From Saccharolobus islandicus REY15A (GTDB lineage: Archaea > Thermoproteota > Thermoprotei_A > Sulfolobales > Sulfolobaceae), in NCBI RefSeq assembly GCF_000189555.1, contig NC_017276.1: DNA of 64,000 nt. The stretch is one strand, 5' to 3'. This document shows positions 46,201-57,600 of this stretch, piece after piece. Position 1 is the stretch's first letter, and each line of letters opens with the position of its first letter. The notes under the pieces are model-generated. The model had not been told where the DNA came from. It made no database searches and saw only the letters and a list, made by a program, of their open reading frames with translations. Both the position numbers and the translations under genes were made by a program.

Positions 46201-49200
46201 CCAGTTGATAAGTATCCATACATTCAAGCACGAGGATGCTTTCAATTCTATAGTAGATTAGCCGGTGCTGCGGCCTTCTTCATACTTTTGTTGTTAGCGG
46301 TCACCTTTCAATTCTATAGTAGATTAGCAACTTTTATAACTGATGATAATAGAGAATTCGTATTTTGTACTTTCAATTCTATAGTAGATTAGCAGGGAGA
46401 GCTGTTAAAGGATCTTCAGCATCTCCGTGAAATAGCTTTCAATTCTATAGTAGATTAGCCACCCCAAAACAAATCCAAACCCATGGAAAAGGTAATGAAC
46501 TTTCAATTCTATAGTAGATTAGCTTGGGAGTATATAGTAGAAATACGGTGCATTGGGTAAAACTTTCAATTCTATAGTAGATTAGCTGAGTTCTTTAACG
46601 GATTCATGTGGTGATTAAAAAATACTTTCAATTCTATAGTAGATTAGCATATAGGTTGCCAAATGATTCTATAACAATTAGTATTCTCTTTCAATTCTAT
46701 AGTAGATTAGCCATTTCTGCTTCTATGCAATAAGACCACTGCTCTGCTTTTCTTTCAATTCTATAGTAGATTAGCTTAAAGCACCGTTCAGGTCACTATG
46801 AAGCTTGTGTCCTCTCTTTCAATTCTATAGTAGATTAGCTGCTACCGTACGGAGTGGCGACCCGTACGGTAAAGAGCGCTTTCAATTCTATAGTAGATTA
46901 GCACTTCAATTACGCTTTTGTCGCCATATGTTATCAGTCTTCTTTCAATTCTATAGTAGATTAGCCCAGGAATGTAAGAAGATTAGCAATTCGAAAAAAG
47001 AATTCCTTTCAATTCTATAGTAGATTAGCTTCACTATCAGCTTTATGTGATAATTTCAGTCCGATTTAACTTTCAATTCTATAGTAGATTAGCTTGTCTC
47101 ACCATCTAATTCTATTGCTTTCTCATAATCATCTTTCAATTCTATAGTAGATTAGCAAAATAAAAATCATTTTACAATCCTTTCTATTTTATCAAGAACT
47201 TTCAATTCTATAGTAGATTAGCAAATTAGAGCCATTAGTACGATTAATATTAGACGTAACTGACTTTCAATTCTATAGTAGATTAGCTAATGTGTTAAAT
47301 CCTCCCTGGATTTACTTTGTACATCTGCTTTCAATTCTATAGTAGATTAGCTTGGGTTATGTAAGTCGGGTCGAAGAAGAACAGCATAGAAGTAATCTTT
47401 CAATTCTATAGTAGATTAGCAAAGACCTCTTCAGAGTGGCAAATGTACCTATCATTTTGGTACTTTCAATTCTATAGTAGATTAGCATGAGAACTCTATA
47501 TTTGACCATCTCCACATAGAATAAAACTTTCAATTCTATAGTAGATTAGCGGTCACGAAAAAATAAGAAAGAAATAGTAGAATTTGAAGCTTTCAATTCT
47601 ATAGTAGATTAGCGGTTTGCAGACCCCGCCACTTACTCTCTGTCTTCTCCTCTACTTTCAATTCTATAGTAGATTAGCCTGGTCTAAATAGTGGATTTTT
47701 AGGAGCGAAATCATTAACCTTTCAATTCTATAGTAGATTAGCTTAGTAATTATCACAACAGTAAAGTCAGTGCCGAAGCTTCCTTTCAATTCTATAGTAG
47801 ATTAGCTAAGTCAGAGAATCACAGCGGAACTTTATCAATTATTGCTTTCAATTCTATAGTAGATTAGCGGTAATGGAGTCGTAGGCGGATCAGTGCCCAC
47901 TACAACAATATTTCTTTCAATTCTATAGTAGATTAGCACGCGACGATATGGCAAACTTCTCCGCAACAGACTGCACAATCTTTCAATTCTATAGTAGATT
48001 AGCCTGTCAGAAGAGGGATTTATGTTTATGAGCTTACAGAGAAGGGTCGGCTTTCAATTCTATAGTAGATTAGCTCAAGGAATTCTACAATGTCATAATT
48101 TCTATATTTTTTATCTTTCAATTCTATAGTAGATTAGCCCGGTATTTGGATTTATCGCATACACTAATTGTTCAACCCTTTCAATTCTATAGTAGATTAG
48201 CAGAGCGATCTATCCAGTAGAGATTAACGAAAAATAATTTTTTTCATCTTTCAATTCTATAGTAGATTAGCCTATACTGTAGGACGTTTTCTGAGTTACA
48301 CGAGAGCTTTAGACTTTCAATTCTATAGTAGATTAGCGTTGTCATGGATGACGAGCCAAGAAAATGCGATAATAGTCTTTCAATTCTATAGTAGATTAGC
48401 CACACTCACTTCGTTACGCATTAATTAGCTATTTAGCGAGCTTTCAATTCTATAGTAGATTAGCATAATTTGGTTGCTAACGTTAATCATCAACAAAAGA
48501 TTGTCAACTTTCAATTCTATAGTAGATTAGCATCGCAATGCTGGGAATTGGGTGGTGGCTAGGTTCTTCATTCTTTCAATTCTATAGTAGATTAGCCTCC
48601 ATAGGAATTAAATCTAGATTGTCCATGACATTGATCTTTCAATTCTATAGTAGATTAGCACAATTTCAGCATGCACTGCGGACGCTTATGTTTGTTATTC
48701 CTTTCAATTCTATAGTAGATTAGCTTTATATACCAATAGAAGAACGTGAACAGATACCGCCAGATGCTTTCAATTCTATAGTAGATTAGCTTATAAAGAG
48801 AAATTTTTAGGTTAAGGGAGAAAATTACTTTCAATTCTATAGTAGATTAGCCTGATCTTTCTTGAAATCTTCCCAATCAATGTTTACTCTAATCTTTCAA
48901 TTCTATAGTAGATTAGCCATAAATATGAGTAAGACATTAGAATACATCAAAAAAATGTCTTTCAATTCTATAGTAGATTAGCCTGAAACTACTGTCGTTT
49001 CTGTCGTTAGCGTCAACTAGAACTTTCAATTCTATAGTAGATTAGCATACGCCGAATTAGAGCTAATCACTGAGAAATACGGTATATCCCTTTCAATTCT
49101 ATAGTAGATTAGCTTACTCTATAGCTAGTGTCATACTTTAAGGCAAGAAAATCCTTTCAATTCTATAGTAGATTAGCTTTTGCATACTCTCCCCCTCTGT

Positions 49201-50590
49201 CTATTTAATTATTCGTTTGCTTTCAATTCTATAGTAGATTAGCACGTCTATTTCTTCCTACCGGAGCAGATCGATAACTTTACTTTCAATTCTATAGTAG
49301 ATTAGCCTATTAAAAGCACAAATTCAGGAATATGTTTAAAAATTTGCTTTCAATTCTATAGTAGATTAGCAGATGTAGTTAGCCCACCTATTGGTGGAGG
49401 ATAATTATTTTGTTCTTTCAATTCTATAGTAGATTAGCCGGCTGCAAAGTATCATATATTCAGTTTTTCGCACTATTGCTTTCAATTCTATAGTAGATTA
49501 GCTCAACTTTGTATCGTACCTTAACGGTGTGATTTATATCGCCTTTCAATTCTATAGTAGATTAGCTACGTTACAAAAACTGAATAAACACCCCAGTTTA
49601 CAGAGCTTTCAATTCTATAGTAGATTAGCACGACTTCAACCCCACCACCTAACGATAAACCATATTTCTTAGGCTTTCAATTCTATAGTAGATTAGCAAG
49701 TTTTTATTTTTTCTGATAATTTATTGAACGAAATGGACCTTTCAATTCTATAGTAGATTAGCCACTGATAGGGATTGCCATTACTGTGATTATTGCACTA
49801 CTCTTTCAATTCTATAGTAGATTAGCTTTAAAGTCTAGCTTACCGTTGTCGAACTTCATAAAGAACTTTCAATTCTATAGTAGATTAGCGCCTTTGCAGG
49901 AATTTCTAAAGGATAAGAATAAACAGGAACTTTCAATTCTATAGTAGATTAGCAAGAAACTACAACACCACCGTCAATTTCGAAGTTCAAACCCTTTCAA
50001 TTCTATAGTAGATTAGCAAGAACAGAAAGGAAAACGATCTGAAAAGGAGAATAATACTTTCAATTCTATAGTAGATTAGCATAAATTATCTTCAAGAAAG
50101 AGGAAAAAGTGATATACAACTTTCAATTCTATAGTAGATTAGCTAGTCAATAAATGTCTGATTGTTGTTTTCCAACTCTAAACTTTCAATTCTATAGTAG
50201 ATTAGCCATACCCGACACAAGAAAGTATGTTGAGGATTATGCCAACCTTTCAATTCTATAGTAGATTAGCTTATTCTCAGCGACAAGGTCTTTGAAATAG
50301 TAAAATGGAAAGCTTTCAATTCTATAGTAGATTAGCCTAGATATAATATATTATATTTGGTCCATAGGAGGACCAGCTTTCAATTCTATAGTAGATTAGC
50401 TCTTTAAATCTCATTTCTTTCACCATTTATCTTTTCTCACTTTCAATTCTATAGTAGATTAGCAAGAAAATAAAAAGATTGAAATTCTTAAAGCTTACAA
50501 GAGCTTTCAATTCTATAGTAGATTAGCTTGGAATATTTTTACAAGGTGTAGAATTAATTGGAATTTCTTTCAATTCTATAGTAGATTAGC
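43209..50590 (-). CRISPR. CRISPR array 1: 115 repeats / 114 spacers (manual count)
   Basis: 24-bp repeat GCTAATCTACTATAGAATTGAAAG on the minus strand; spacers about 37-47 nt; leader on the right. Confidence 0.98.
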
Positions 50591-50796
50591 TGAGGGTTTT
50601 TTAACCCTCTATTTGATCTTTTCTTCTCCCTTTCTTATAAGTTTTTCTTCTCTACTCTTCGATTAGTATTATATTACTCTTTCTTATCTTTTTTACTATT
50701 CCCGGGTTTTCCCGGGATCTTAAGGAATTCTTCATAAAGATAATGAATTTAGGATAACAACCTAACCCAAAACGAAACAAGGAAAAAGGAAAACAA
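50591..50796 (-). promoter_or_regulatory. CRISPR leader 1
   Basis: Reverse-complement identical to 54436-54641; BRE/TATA (GAAAAACTTATAAG); palindromes GAGGGTTAAAAAACCCTC and CCCGGGAAAACCCGGG. Confidence 0.92.
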
Positions 50797-50914
50797 GGAT
50801 CGTATACGGGAGAACACTTTCCCTATATTTTCCATTATTCTTCATCAAGAGGAAAATCGTCGTTTATTAAGATTATCCTTACTAAAGTCGGGAAGAAATT
50901 TACAAGGATCATTA

Positions 50915-51793
50915 TTGTGTATTTTAGATTCTTTTTGCATAATGTATAATGTGAGGTCGCAGATAATTAGACAGGTTAGGAGGCTTCACTCCTATAGGGC
51001 TTCTGACCCTATAGAGGAGGAACTAAGGGGTTGGAATTATCATATGCCTCCAATAAAACCCAGAAGATATCTAGGCTTGTCCATGTCTGACGTGGCTTAT
51101 AGATATTGTGATACTAAAAGGGATGTGTATCTGAGAAGAGTTTTAAAGGTTCAAGGTGAGCAGAGAAGTGCTTTAGTATTAGGGCAATCGGTTCATGAGG
51201 TTCTAGCGAGTGTTTCTAACGAAATAGTTAAGCTTTTGTCTCTGGGCTATAAACCTTGGGCTGCTATAGAAGCTATCTTCAGAAAGGCAAATAAGGTAAG
51301 TAATTTATGTCCTCAACAGTTCTTTAAGTTCTGTGAGGAGGTTTATAAGGCTTTTGCGTTGGATTTAATTTCCGACTTTTCGGACTCAACTTCTTTCTTA
51401 CCTATAATATCCGAATTTAGAGTAGATGGAACTCCACTGGGTTTATCACCTAGGCTTTCAGTAGATGCTATAACTCAGCTATCATTGGTAGTTGAGATAA
51501 AAGTGGCTAATATGCAAGAGTTTCATAAGTTAGCCTTAGCTGGATATGCTTTAGCCCTTGAAAGTGCTTTAGAATTACCAATAGATTTCGGTAGTCTAAT
51601 TTATATAAATGGCATAAATAAAAATACGCCAGAGTTCAAGTACGAAGTATACTATATTTCTCCAGATTTAAGGAAGGAGTTCATAGATGCTAGGGATGAG
51701 GTTATAGATATGGTATCTGAAGGGAGAGATCCAGGAATGCCTACAGCATGTTCTCCTTCATGCCCGTTTCTCAATTACTGTAATAAGGGGTGA
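50915..51793 (+). CDS. csa1: Csa1 (Cas4-like, type I-A adaptation); exact start uncertain
   Basis: YRYC, VDA...VEIK nuclease motif, C-terminal CSPSCPFLNYC. Confidence 0.9.
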   Translation: MCILDSFCIMYNVRSQIIRQVRRLHSYRASDPIEEELRGWNYHMPPIKPRRYLGLSMSDVAYRYCDTKRDVYLRRVLKVQGEQRSALVLGQSVHEVLASVSNEIVKLLSLGYKPWAAIEAIFRKANKVSNLCPQQFFKFCEEVYKAFALDLISDFSDSTSFLPIISEFRVDGTPLGLSPRLSVDAITQLSLVVEIKVANMQEFHKLALAGYALALESALELPIDFGSLIYINGINKNTPEFKYEVYYISPDLRKEFIDARDEVIDMVSEGRDPGMPTACSPSCPFLNYCNKG

Positions 51794-51799
51794 GGGGAA

Positions 51800-52708
51800 A
51801 TTAAGACCTTAATAATATCGGAATATGGGGTGTATTTGACGGTAAAGAAGGGAATGTTCGTAATAAAAAAGGGAGATAATAAGGTTGAAGTTTCCCCTTC
51901 TGAGGTTGACGAAATATTAGTCTTATCTTCCTCTCTGATTTCAACTAAGGCCTTAATGGTAGCGGTAAGTCACGGCATTGGTGTTATATTTTTAGATTCC
52001 AGGGAAAATCCTTGGGGTATATTATTACCTTCAGTGGTAACTGAGACTGTTAAAACTAAAAAGGCTCAATATGAGGCTGTATTAAACAACGATACCAGAT
52101 ACGGTGAGGAAATAATTAAATGTAAAATTTTTAATCAACATGTTCATTTAAAACACTGGACTAGGAGCGGTATTAGAACGGACTATAAGGAACTTATAGG
52201 AAGAGATGAATCCACTGCAGCTAGAATATATTGGCAAAATATTGCTTTACTATTGCCTAAGGATATACATTTTGATGGAAGAGATACGGACTCGGCTGAT
52301 CAATTCAACATGGCGTTAAATTACTCTTACGCTATTCTATATAATAGAATATTCAAGTATCTAGTTATTGCTGGCTTAGATCCCTATTTAGGTTTCGTTC
52401 ATAAGGATAGGCCAGGTAGTGAGAGCTTGGTTTACGATTTTTCTGAAATGTTCAAGCCTTATATAGACTTCATCTTGGTTAGGGCTTTCAGAGAGGGATT
52501 TAGACTAAAAATCAAAGATGGACTTATAGATAGAGAAAGTAGATCAGCATTGGCTAGAATAGTAGTTAAGGGAATGGATGATAAAGTTAAGGAGGAAAAC
52601 GATCACAATCCTAAAACTTTAGTACAAGCAATTAGGGCTCATACGGTGAAATTAGCGTCTAGCATAAGAGAGAAGAGACCCTATAACGGATTTAAACTAG
52701 TTTTGTAG
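51800..52708 (+). CDS. cas1: Cas1 (conserved region begins at ATT 51800; first canonical start is GTG 51830)
   Basis: KTLIISEYG, DESTAARIYW, NMALNYSYAILY, GLDPYLGFVH, LVYDFSEMFKP. Confidence 0.95.
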   Translation: MKTLIISEYGVYLTVKKGMFVIKKGDNKVEVSPSEVDEILVLSSSLISTKALMVAVSHGIGVIFLDSRENPWGILLPSVVTETVKTKKAQYEAVLNNDTRYGEEIIKCKIFNQHVHLKHWTRSGIRTDYKELIGRDESTAARIYWQNIALLLPKDIHFDGRDTDSADQFNMALNYSYAILYNRIFKYLVIAGLDPYLGFVHKDRPGSESLVYDFSEMFKPYIDFILVRAFREGFRLKIKDGLIDRESRSALARIVVKGMDDKVKEENDHNPKTLVQAIRAHTVKLASSIREKRPYNGFKLVL

Positions 52709-52717
52709 GGTGACATT

Positions 52718-52822
52718 TTGAAGATAGCTTCTAGTATATCACTAATCGATAAAGTCTTTCTACCATCAGTACTTAAAGATGATCACACCTCAATAGATGA
52801 TGAATCAAGGTGGTTATATTGA
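52718..52822 (+). CDS. Putative 34-aa microprotein between cas1 and cas2
   Basis: SD GGGTGA, TTG start, open to TGA overlapping the cas2 TTG (TTGA). Confidence 0.35.
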   Translation: MKIASSISLIDKVFLPSVLKDDHTSIDDESRWLY

Positions 52823-53088
52823 AAATAATTGTAGTTTATGATATTTCTGATAACGGAAAGAGAAATAAATTAGCTAATGAACTTAAGAAATTTGGGCTTT
52901 ATAGGATTCAAAGGAGTGCATTTGAGGGGGATATAGATAGTCAGCGAGTCAAAAACTTAATTAGAGTAATAAATGGTATTGTGGACATTAAAACTGATAT
53001 AGTGCATGTAATTCCCTTAGGCATAAGGGATTGGGAAAGAAGGATAGTCATAGGTAAAGAAGGGGTTGTGGGAGAATGGTTAGTGTGA
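52819..53088 (+). CDS. cas2: Cas2 (TTG 52819 with SD AGGTGG; the track gives GTG 52810)
   Basis: IVVYDISD, RIQRSAFEG. Confidence 0.95.
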   Translation: MKIIVVYDISDNGKRNKLANELKKFGLYRIQRSAFEGDIDSQRVKNLIRVINGIVDIKTDIVHVIPLGIRDWERRIVIGKEGVVGEWLV

Positions 53089-53603
53089 CCGATTTAAAGG
53101 ATTTTACGTTATGCCCAGTAATCCCTTGGATAAGGAAAAAATTGGGTTGGAGAGAACCAGTTACTGAAGGACAAAGGATAGCTAAGAACGTTAAACCTAG
53201 AGAACTAGCAAATGACCTACCAGATCCCAAATACTATGAGGTTTATATGAGGGATAAGAGTACCGGCTTAAGCGGAATCGTAGATGTATTAGCAAAGGAC
53301 ATTGTAGCCGAAATAAAGGCATTTAATAGAAGATTTTACGGACATTTTAGAATACAATTACTTTCATACGCTTATTTAGCTGAAAGGAATGGCTTCAGAG
53401 TAAAAGACGCGATTCTTATTTTAGGAAGAGAAAAGAGACTTAAAATCGAAATTAGGAAAGAGCATATAGAATATGTAGAGAGAATTACTAATAAACTAGT
53501 AGAATCCTTAGAAGAAGATAGCCCACCTGTGGCTAATCCATCTCCTAAATTATGTGAAGCTTGCCAATATAGAAGGGTCTGCCCCTTATCGGTAATCCTT
53601 TGA
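53076..53603 (+). CDS. cas4: Cas4
   Basis: LCP, GIVD...AEIK, QLLSY, CEACQYRRVC. Confidence 0.95.
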   Translation: MVSVTDLKDFTLCPVIPWIRKKLGWREPVTEGQRIAKNVKPRELANDLPDPKYYEVYMRDKSTGLSGIVDVLAKDIVAEIKAFNRRFYGHFRIQLLSYAYLAERNGFRVKDAILILGREKRLKIEIRKEHIEYVERITNKLVESLEEDSPPVANPSPKLCEACQYRRVCPLSVIL

Positions 53604-53677
53604 TTTTTGTTAAATACTAGAGACCTCATTTTCGCCTAGTATAGAATTCGACAATCTTAATTTATTATTTATTAAAA

Positions 53678-54352
53678 TCATTGAATTTCATTTTCTATAT
53701 ATAATTTTGAATTTTTAATTAATTTAATTACATTAAGCCCGAGCGATGTAAGTTCTACTGTTCTATCTTTTCCTTTCTGCGTTAATATGCCTAGTTTCTT
53801 TAACTCAGATATCTTATTCTGAATTGTTTTTTCACTTTTCCCTAAAATTTTTGACAATTCAAATGTACTTATCGCATTGTTTCTGAATATAGAATATAGC
53901 ATCTTAAACTCTTCTGAAGAATATTCCTTAAATAACGCATTTATATCCGAACTGGTGAAAGATACTACTCTACTACCACCATTTTCATCTCTTAAGTAAA
54001 TTGTAAACTTCTTCCTACTAACTAAAATTGCTATCAGAATCAGTGTATTCATAAGCCTCATTCCCATAGTTAAATCGGAAATTACAGGCTCTTGCAGAGG
54101 TAATAAATTATCTAGAAGCTGGGAAAGAATATCATCAAAACTACTAATTTTAATTTCAATAATTTCCGGATTAGGATAGCGAAGTCGTAGAGTTTGGATT
54201 TTTAAGTTTTCTATAGCGGCTTTAGTTCCTTCCACTATGGGACTAGGAACTACTATAAGTAATTTATCCTCCTTTTGAGCCGAAGTCTCATTAAGAAGTC
54301 TTAGAAGATAAGTTTCATTAAATCCCAAAGTTACAAAGTATGACTTCATCAT
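53678..54352 (-). CDS. csa3: Csa3a CARF-wHTH regulator (adaptation activator)
   Basis: FVTLGF.E, DLTMGMR, C-terminal HTH; ATG at 54352. Confidence 0.92.
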   Translation of the reverse strand: MMKSYFVTLGFNETYLLRLLNETSAQKEDKLLIVVPSPIVEGTKAAIENLKIQTLRLRYPNPEIIEIKISSFDDILSQLLDNLLPLQEPVISDLTMGMRLMNTLILIAILVSRKKFTIYLRDENGGSRVVSFTSSDINALFKEYSSEEFKMLYSIFRNNAISTFELSKILGKSEKTIQNKISELKKLGILTQKGKDRTVELTSLGLNVIKLIKNSKLYIENEIQ

Positions 54353-54435
54353 TATATATGGTAATATCATAAATAAATAATTTTTGATTACTTTCGAGGA
54401 ACTCTAATTACAATTTTTGTTCCCTACTATTTCCG

Positions 54436-54641
54436 TTGTTTTCCTTTTTCCTTGTTTCGTTTTGGGTTAGGTTGTTATCCTAAATTCATTATCTTTATGA
54501 AGAATTCCTTAAGATCCCGGGAAAACCCGGGAATAGTAAAAAAGATAAGAAAGAGTAATATAATACTAATCGAAGAGTAGAGAAGAAAAACTTATAAGAA
54601 AGGGAGAAGAAAAGATCAAATAGAGGGTTAAAAAACCCTCA
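54436..54641 (+). promoter_or_regulatory. CRISPR leader 2
   Basis: 206-bp inverted copy of leader 1. Confidence 0.92.
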
Positions 54642-57600
54642 GCTAATCTACTATAGAATTGAAAGACACTGGGCGATAACGGGAACGACAGGGGCGGGAA
54701 AGACGCTAATCTACTATAGAATTGAAAGTTTATTTTTTCAAACTAATTCGCAAAAATTGAAAGTCGAAGCTAATCTACTATAGAATTGAAAGTATAATTA
54801 TCTTTAGTCTTCCATCCATGGTATTTCAGAAAAGCTAATCTACTATAGAATTGAAAGTATAAATATGGTGTCAGTGACGAATTAAAAATAACATAACCAG
54901 TGCTAATCTACTATAGAATTGAAAGTTACTTCTTAGTGTTTTTACGAAAGTGAAAGCATTATCGCGCTAATCTACTATAGAATTGAAAGTCAATATATCT
55001 TCCAATGCTGTTTTTGATATAGTCGACAACCGCTAATCTACTATAGAATTGAAAGGAAATAGAAAAAAGCTTTAAGAATTAAATATCTCTTCTGCCGGCT
55101 AATCTACTATAGAATTGAAAGAAAGAAGATCAAGATTTAAGATATGTAATGACCTTTGGACGCTAATCTACTATAGAATTGAAAGCAACTTTAACACCAA
55201 TTTTTTGGTTAATGGCACATAAAAGCTAATCTACTATAGAATTGAAAGTCATCTAAAACGTAGATATTGTATAATGGGGGCATTCTATGCTAATCTACTA
55301 TAGAATTGAAAGATATTGCTTTAATCCTCGACCTACTGTCCTTAGTTATGCTAATCTACTATAGAATTGAAAGCACTAATTATTGAACTAAGATGGGTTT
55401 TGTAAACTGTCCGCTAATCTACTATAGAATTGAAAGAAAAAATAGATATTACTTTATGCTTTGTCTCCTAGAGCGAAGCTAATCTACTATAGAATTGAAA
55501 GTATAATAAATATTATGTATATGGTTTGATTTACTTGTTAGCTAATCTACTATAGAATTGAAAGATGTTGATTATAGTTAACTGTCCATTTTGATAAATT
55601 TCTATTCGCTAATCTACTATAGAATTGAAAGTTAATTTTATCATCACCCTATTTTCTCTTGCTAATAACTTGCTAATCTACTATAGAATTGAAAGAATGT
55701 ATACACTTGATAAATTGGAATTATAACTTTCAATCCAGCTAATCTACTATAGAATTGAAAGGTCTCAAATATGTAGCTATTGCTGAACGTTATGAAAAAG
55801 CTAATCTACTATAGAATTGAAAGTGACTGTTGATATAAGCCGTATCATTAATGCGTATAAGGTGCTAATCTACTATAGAATTGAAAGTTATTATATACGA
55901 TAATATCATAGCCAACGTCTTTCAACAGCTAATCTACTATAGAATTGAAAGCCACCTGGCGTGATATAGATATTCTTATATTCAAGCAGCTAATCTACTA
56001 TAGAATTGAAAGTTACTAAGAAATACTGAACCATACATATTATTTCTAGGCTAATCTACTATAGAATTGAAAGATTATAGAGATATGGACTCTCACAAAC
56101 AAAAGAACTGTAAACTGGGCTAATCTACTATAGAATTGAAAGATATTGATTGATTAAAATAGCGTTGTTTAGATAGTTGTTAATGCTAATCTACTATAGA
56201 ATTGAAAGGTTATCGTACTTAATTAATATGTTGAATGGTAACGTTATGTCTAGCTAATCTACTATAGAATTGAAAGTCATACACCTTGTGATTAATTTTG
56301 TTTGACTTTAACGCTGCTAATCTACTATAGAATTGAAAGAAGTTTATTACCATTTTTGCTGAAAACGAGGATGAGGCAAGCTAATCTACTATAGAATTGA
56401 AAGTTAACACTAGAATTTTAACGTCTTCGTCACCGATATGATATTCCTGCTAATCTACTATAGAATTGAAAGCTTGTTCTTGTACTAGTTGGTCTGGCAC
56501 CTCGACTATAACTTTGGCTAATCTACTATAGAATTGAAAGTCATCAGAGACCCCATCCTTAACTTTCTCATCGCCTTGGAAGGGCTAATCTACTATAGAA
56601 TTGAAAGTCTATTCTTCCAATACCTCTCTAATTCTCTAAATTCCTCCTGCTAATCTACTATAGAATTGAAAGAGTTCATAGAGCCCTATGGGAATCCCTA
56701 CTAATCCCGCGCTAATCTACTATAGAATTGAAAGTTTGTGCTATATATAATGTAAGCTTCTGATGAATTGAAAAATATCTGGCTAATCTACTATAGAATT
56801 GAAAGTTTTTCAGCGTCAGGCCAGACAGAAGCGATAGTTCTATTCCTGCTAATCTACTATAGAATTGAAAGTTCTCTATTCCAGCCATCTCAACAACTCC
56901 TCCTCTTTAACCGCTAATCTACTATAGAATTGAAAGGTTTCACTAGACCGTGACTGTCGTTTAGCTCCAGCGGACTCGGCTAATCTACTATAGAATTGAA
57001 AGAAAAATATTTATAGAGAGAGATGAGTGAAAGTATATGGCAATAGGGCTAATCTACTATAGAATTGAAAGTTTTTCAATATAAAACTACATTCCTGCCA
57101 TGAACCATCTGCTAATCTACTATAGAATTGAAAGGAGAAAGATACGTGTTATCTATTCGTAGAGCTTCTTATTCCTGCTAATCTACTATAGAATTGAAAG
57201 TCGTTTTTTAGGGAAGAGTTTGGCGAGTGTGCAGCTTATTAGCTAATCTACTATAGAATTGAAAGTCGCTATTATTGTCAAAGAAATAATATACTTTTAT
57301 CTCCTGGCTAATCTACTATAGAATTGAAAGTTTTTATCAACAATAACCTGAAATTCCTCGAATCTAAATGCTAATCTACTATAGAATTGAAAGCTCAATA
57401 TTTTCAACCGACTGGAATAATATAATAAATCTGAAAGCTAATCTACTATAGAATTGAAAGTCATTTCCTAAGATCCCTTACATTTTCCAAGTAAGAGAAG
57501 CTAATCTACTATAGAATTGAAAGTTAGGAGTCGTAGCACAGGGAGCTGTACAGTCACAGAAGCTAATCTACTATAGAATTGAAAGACTATATACTCATAA

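Noticed and set aside
45323-48723. ORFs inside CRISPR array 1 with recurring FQFYSRLA or LIYYRIE
   Set aside because: Translation of the 24-bp repeat, not genes
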